From: Bdellovibrionales bacterium
GTDB lineage: Bacteria > Bdellovibrionota > Bdellovibrionia > Bdellovibrionales > UBA1609
Length of the DNA stretch: 64,000 bases
Assembly (NCBI GenBank): GCA_965242635.1
Contig: OZ251471.1
Location: 1,893,662-1,957,661 of the forward strand
Direction: 5' to 3'
The notes under the pieces are model-generated. The model was not told the origin of the DNA. It saw only the letters and a list, made by a program, of their open reading frames with translations, and did not search any database. Made by a program: the position numbers and the translations under genes. Shown piece after piece: positions 59,733 through 64,000 of this stretch. Every line of letters starts with the position of its first letter. Position 1 is the stretch's first letter.

Positions 59733-59840
59733 AAACCGGCCAAAAAATTCGGTAAAAATTCGGTTTTCCGAATTTTTTTGTCTCAAAACCCCCCAAAAAG
59801 CCTGTTTTGAGCCGATCCCATTTTGCACCTCCTTTTTTAA
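59733..59840 (+). repeat. Repeat B, interrupted by IS200 and resuming at 60412-60470
   Basis: Colinear with 62218-62385. Confidence 0.9.
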
Positions 59841-60411
59841 TCTTCACGGGTTTAATTCCCCGTGGCTTGCCACGCTCCTAATAAGGCGTTAGCCTTACCG
59901 TATGGGGAAGTATATTTATAAAAGTCACAATGTGTCATTTTTGCTTTATCACTTAGTATGTCCGATAAAGTATAGAAAGCTTGTGTTGACTGATAAAGTT
60001 TCAGGGGAGTTAAAGTTGATATGTAAAGAGATTAGTCAGCGTTATGAGATGGAGTTTATAGAAATAGGTTTGGATGGGGATCATGTGCATTTTTTGATTC
60101 AGTCTGTGCCGACGTATAGTCCTACACGGATTTGTCGGATAGTGAAGAGTTTAACAGCTCGTGAGTTATTTAGGAGGTGTCCGGAGGTGAAGAAGTTTTT
60201 GTGGGGGGGTGAGTTTTGGACGAGGGGATATTTTATAAGTACGGTGGGTCATCATGGTGATGAGAAGAAGATCAGTGATTATGTGAAGAATCAAGGGAAT
60301 AAGTCAGGTTATAAGAAGATTCACAGTCAACAATTGCGATTGTTTTGAGGATACAGATACTGGCGATAGCCAGAAGTGATACCCCGTGGCTTGCCACGGG
60401 GAGGCTTCATT
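59841..60411 (+). mobile_element. IS200-family element (tnpA only)
   Basis: Subterminal hairpins ccccgtggcttgccacg(ggg) at both ends; boundaries defined by the empty site near 62326; no TSD. Confidence 0.92.
59902..60348 (+). CDS. tnpA: IS200/IS605 Y1 transposase
   Basis: YHLVCPIKYR, DHVH (HUH), FWTRGY and YVKNQ motifs. Confidence 0.96.
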   Translation: MGKYIYKSHNVSFLLYHLVCPIKYRKLVLTDKVSGELKLICKEISQRYEMEFIEIGLDGDHVHFLIQSVPTYSPTRICRIVKSLTARELFRRCPEVKKFLWGGEFWTRGYFISTVGHHGDEKKISDYVKNQGNKSGYKKIHSQQLRLF

Positions 60412-60452
60412 TGAAATATCGTGCTGGTCCTTTTGTGCACTGTGCCATCACT

Positions 60453-60470
60453 TTGGCCCGGATTTTGCAT
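60453..60470 (+). promoter_or_regulatory. sigma54 (-24/-12) promoter candidate
   Basis: TTGGCCCGGATTTTGCAT, GG-N10-GC spacing. Confidence 0.65.
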
Positions 60471-60822
60471 TTGGGGGAAATTTTACCAAAAATACCTTTG
60501 TCCATTCGGAAAGATATGCCAAGCTATGGCTTGAGGGTGATAGACACCCATGATTCGAAGGTGGATTTGGCCATTCAGGACCGGGAGTTTAAGAGTCGGG
60601 GTTTTTTGAATGCCCTGAAGAGGTCCTGGTCTTTGAGGGCGGATGAGGGGGTATTGAACGAGGCTCTTTCTTTATTTGACAACTGGCCTGGTGACAGAGC
60701 TGATTTGTTGTTAAATGTGGGGAATTACCTTTGGTCCGTGGTGCCGGGGATGACCAAGGAGCTATGGAACAAAGTGGAAAGAACGGCAGTTAGTCATGGT
60801 ATATTTACAATAAGGAGGGTAT
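60471..60822 (+). pseudogene. 3' remnant of a second Rpn-type (YhgA-like) gene
   Basis: Helical coding remnant leading into a typical Rpn C-terminus; N-terminus absent. Confidence 0.6.
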
Positions 60823-60999
60823 ATGGATATCAGAGAACACATAAGAGAGGAAGCCATGCAAGAGGGCATGCAGAAGGGCATGCAACAGGAGCGACAACAA
60901 GTTGTGTCAAATATGCTGAACAGTGGTTTGGACACTTCCCTTATCTGCAAAGTGACAGGCCTTTCTGAAGAGGAAATCCAAAAGCTGAAAAACGGCTAA
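60823..60999 (+). CDS. 58-aa RpnS-like small protein (MDIREHIREEAMQEG...VTGLSEEEIQKLKNG)
   Basis: Strong TAAGGAGG SD; intact ORF, below the ORF-track cutoff. Confidence 0.7.
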   Translation: MDIREHIREEAMQEGMQKGMQQERQQVVSNMLNSGLDTSLICKVTGLSEEEIQKLKNG

Positions 61000-61125
61000 G
61001 GCTTTAACTGGCTGGCAAATAGTCACGAATCAACAGTCAACCCGTGTCCAGTTTTTTTTAGGCAGAAAACATGAGAGGACCAGCATGCGGTCGGGAAATT
61101 CATCGATTCAAAACATCCCGTAAAG

Positions 61126-61680
61126 CTATTCCACCACAACAAAGCCCCACAAGCCTTTTGCCTTTAAATAAATAGCTTGTTCTTGTATGACTTTTGCTCC
61201 TTTCAAATACACTCCTTTCAAATTCGCCTTATACAAAACTGCCCTTCGCAAATTCGCCCCTTGCAAATTCGCCCCTCGCAAATCCGCCTCTTGCAAATCC
61301 GCCCTTCGCAAGTCCACATCTTTCAAATTTGCCTCTCGTAAATCCGCCTTATACAAAACCGCCCTTCGCAAGTCCGCATCTTTCAAATCTGCCTCTCGTA
61401 AATCCGCCTTATACAAAACCGCCCTTCGCAAGTCCGCATCTTGCAAATCTGCCTCTCGTAAATCCGCCTTATACAAAACCGCCCTTCGCAAATTCACCCT
61501 TCGCAAATTCACCCTTCGCAAATCTGCCCCTTGTAAATTGCAATTATGGACACCTTCTTTATTTATGAAGTCTCTATAATTCTCAATATTACAGTCTTCA
61601 TTTGCCACAGCACGGGCTTTAACCCCACTGGCCACAAAGGACACAACCACAAAACTTAAGAGCAAAATAAGAGCTTTCAT
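61126..61680 (-). CDS. Secreted pentapeptide-repeat protein
   Basis: Signal peptide; A(D/N)Lxx repeats encoded by 45-bp tandem DNA repeats. Confidence 0.92.
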   Translation of the reverse strand: MKALILLLSFVVVSFVASGVKARAVANEDCNIENYRDFINKEGVHNCNLQGADLRRVNLRRVNLRRAVLYKADLREADLQDADLRRAVLYKADLREADLKDADLRRAVLYKADLREANLKDVDLRRADLQEADLRGANLQGANLRRAVLYKANLKGVYLKGAKVIQEQAIYLKAKGLWGFVVVE

Positions 61681-61824
61681 AATACACCTCCAAAATGGTT
61701 TTTATCTTCTCTCACTATATCATATCGGCTGGCCACCTGGAAACCTTAAATTCCAAAAGGTTATTTACATGCATTCCTGCAACTCTTTACCCAAAAAGTT
61801 TTTTGCAGGGTTAATTTTATTAAA

Positions 61825-62121
61825 TTAGTGGCAATGCACACGACCTTTATAATCACCGTGACATCCATACTCATCCACACCACCATCATGAGCAACCTTA
61901 ATGAGACTTTCGATTTTAGAGAGCTTAAGACAGCTAACAGAGCAGAATAACAAAATCCCGCCGTCTTTTTGACAGTCAGACAAACAACCTTCAAACTGAT
62001 CGTTTGCTGAAACGATCGCTTTTTCCGGGCTGGGATTGACACCGGATACATCTCTGGAATTAGTGTTGGCTGTCACACAGCCCACAAACACCAGACTAAG
62101 AAAAATTATAAAAGCTTTCAT
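61825..62121 (-). CDS. Small lipoprotein with a CX3C-X9-CX3C module and a YHYH-like module
   Basis: Lipobox FVGC; leader nearly identical to the 24242 ORF; HDGGVDEYGCH...HCH. Confidence 0.85.
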   Translation of the reverse strand: MKAFIIFLSLVFVGCVTANTNSRDVSGVNPSPEKAIVSANDQFEGCLSDCQKDGGILLFCSVSCLKLSKIESLIKVAHDGGVDEYGCHGDYKGRVHCH

Positions 62122-62217
62122 AATACACCTCCTTTAAAGGTTAATGTTGTTTTTCCTCACTATATCATGCCTATCGGCTGGTGTCCACCAGAAATTAAAA
62201 ATAAAGTCAGAAACCAT

Positions 62218-62385
62218 CAAACCGGCCAAAAAATTCGGTAAAAATTCGGATTTCCGAATTTTTTGGCCCCAAAACCCCCCAAAAAGCCTGTTTTGAGCTG
62301 ATCCCATTTTGCACCTCCTTTTTTAATGAAATATCGTGCTGGCCCTTTTATGCACTGTGCCATCACTTTGGCCCGGATTTTGCAT
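62218..62385 (+). promoter_or_regulatory. Intact repeat B: palindromic box plus sigma54 promoter candidate (62368-62385)
   Basis: Palindrome about 120 bp upstream of TGGCCCGGATTTTGCA. Confidence 0.7.
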
Positions 62386-62470
62386 GGGGATAAGCAAAGG
62401 CAGGGTTTTCCTGCCAAAAAAATTAACAGAGGCAGGACTTTCCTGCCAAAAACATATAAAGGAGCTTGTT

Positions 62471-63590
62471 ATGACACAACAACCGGAAAAGCGTCACTTT
62501 TTGGATTTAACCAAAGACGGACCTTTTAAATTCTTCTTCTCCCGCAGTAAACCCTCCCTGCTCTCTTTGCTCAGAACCTTCCTGCCCCTGCCAGAAAAAA
62601 AAGAAGTCCAAAATGTGGAAATCGTCTCAGATAAAAAAGAAACAAGCCTCCCTCAACCACAAAGCCTGACCTACCAGGACAGTGCTCTTTACCCCTACTC
62701 CATAGAAGGAAAACAAAGCCTCCTGGACTTGAATGTTCAGCTCAACACAGGTGAAAAAGTGGATGTCGAAATGCAGGCCACAAATCAGGCCAATTTTTCA
62801 GCAAGATCGGTATTTTACTGGGCCAGGCTCCATGCCACAGGATTAAACAGAGGTGAGGACTATGACCGGCTTCACCCCACTTATTCCCTGATATTTACGA
62901 CTTTTCCTCTGCTGAGGGGAGAGAACCTGGACCTGGTTAGTCCTTTTTCCATCCGGTTGGATAAACCGCCCCATGTGGCCCTGAATCGTCAGCTACAGAT
63001 GGTGTTTGTGGATTTAAGCCGTTTTCAGAAAAAGTCCATAGAGGAATTGGTTGACTTGCGGGATCAATGGTGTTATTTAGGAAATCAAGGTTCTTGGTTC
63101 AGGCTGAGAGTCACGATCAGAGGTGAAAGTCGCGTCGACTTTGTCCCCCGCAACAAGGCAGAGCTGACTCGCGGGCAGGGCGAATGAGCCGTGAACAGGC
63201 AAGGTTACTGTCCACAAAGGGGGAGGATATGGCAAAAGCGGTGGGTTTGTTTGACAATGCGTCTGCTCGTGATTTGGATGGACAGTAACCATTTATTTGA
63301 GGCGAATGGAGTCGTTTGACGGAGGAGCGGGAGCACTGGGATCGTATATCCATGCAGGCAGAAGCCCGCTTTATGAAAAAAGCTCTGAAAGAAGGCAGAG
63401 CTGAAGGCATGCAACAAGGCCGGGCTGAAGGCATGCAGACTCTTGACGATGGCTTAAGTATACAAATAAAACTGTCTGATATACAAAAAAAGAAAGAACA
63501 GCCAGTGGGTTGGACACTTCCCTTATCTGCAAAGTGACAGGCTTGCCTGAAGAAGAAATCAACAAGCTGAAAAATGGTGCTTGCTAATCC
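62471..63590 (+). pseudogene. Rpn-family PD-(D/E)XK nuclease/putative transposase disrupted by several short insertions
   Basis: DGPFKFFF, LDL...DVEMQ, RSVFYWAR; frameshift at 63152; in-frame stop near 63286; C-terminal VTGLPEEEINKLKNG in another frame. Confidence 0.9.
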
Positions 63591-63772
63591 ACTTTTTTAA
63601 CGTGGTCCATTGGACCGCTGTTTTCAGCTCTGTTCGGACAAGGCGGGTGATGAGGTCGAGGCTTGAGCCTTTGTTGAAAAGACCCAATTTGACACTTAGT
63701 ATTAAAAAAGGGTCAAAAAAGCCTGAATGGAGGGCTTTTTGGGGGGTTTTGGCCTTATTTTTAAATTTTTAT

Positions 63773-63816
63773 AGTCACTTGACTACAAAATAATTTTGTG
63801 GTATATTGACTACATT
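63773..63816 (+). promoter_or_regulatory. sigma70 promoter TTGACT-17-TATATT overlapped by TAGTCA/TGACTA inverted repeats
   Basis: Hexamers at 63779 and 63802, extended -10 TG; ttgactaca occurs twice. Confidence 0.6.
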
Positions 63817-64000
63817 ATGAGAAATCTCCAATGTTTGAAATGCCATAAAAGCATACAAAACAAGCCTGTTTACGGGCTTCATGCCCGCTGTTTTGTGGAT
63901 TGGTTTCAACTGTCTGAATACAGCCCATTCAGTCACCTGGATCCTAAAAAATCGGCCAGCACTGACAGCTCAGCCGACAACTTAATCAAATCCAAAGACA
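63817..64000 (+). CDS. 5' part of a probable HipA-like protein (runs off the window)
   Basis: MRNLQCLKC...YGLHARCFVDWF resembles the CxxC..HxxC N-terminus of some HipA kinases; kinase domain not visible. Confidence 0.5.
   Translation, partial: MRNLQCLKCHKSIQNKPVYGLHARCFVDWFQLSEYSPFSHLDPKKSASTDSSADNLIKSKD

Noticed and set aside
59611-59892. 93-aa ORF as a real gene
   Set aside because: The signal-like start runs into repeats C and B and the IS end; at best a remnant
60345-60968. 207-aa ORF as a TnpB-like partner of the IS200
   Set aside because: It is a chimera of the IS right end, repeat B and an Rpn remnant; no RuvC or Zn-finger motifs
63590-63710. Transposase fragment on the minus strand
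   Set aside because: About 40 codons with only vague HTH likeness; unsupported

Overview
This is a bacterial chromosomal segment. The gene set and order (pilD-pilMNOPQ, lepA plus tandem lepB, an FHA-sigma54 activator, parA-parB-bactofilin) suggest a Bdellovibrionota-like organism; that is an inference, not a database result. The backbone is housekeeping genes: thrS, infC, bamA, dnaB, ftsK, ribF, type IV pilus genes, glpX, trmD, prpC, folB, lepA, pyrB, carA, parAB, ribH, nadE, tig, hisS, uppS, frr, pyrH, tsf and rpsB. Accessory blocks interrupt it: a type III restriction-modification operon bracketed by ~62-bp inverted repeats, three damaged Rpn loci, an IS200 whose empty site is also in the window, small lipoprotein/secreted cassettes, and the start of a HipA-like gene. 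The most notable observations are: (1) a signal peptidase I paralogue lacking both catalytic residues and carrying an inserted phage baseplate-J-like domain; (2) a recurring module made of a palindromic enhancer-like box and a sigma54 promoter facing Rpn genes, with divergent shared-leader CX3C-hairpin and pentapeptide cassettes, the same box also lying upstream of the FHA-sigma54 activator; (3) intact C-terminal RpnS-like ORFs surviving in destroyed Rpn genes; (4) three families of small dispersed repeats (51, 93 and 21 bp) that sit in frame in proteins, one with a covarying hairpin. No rRNA, tRNA or CRISPR array was recognised.
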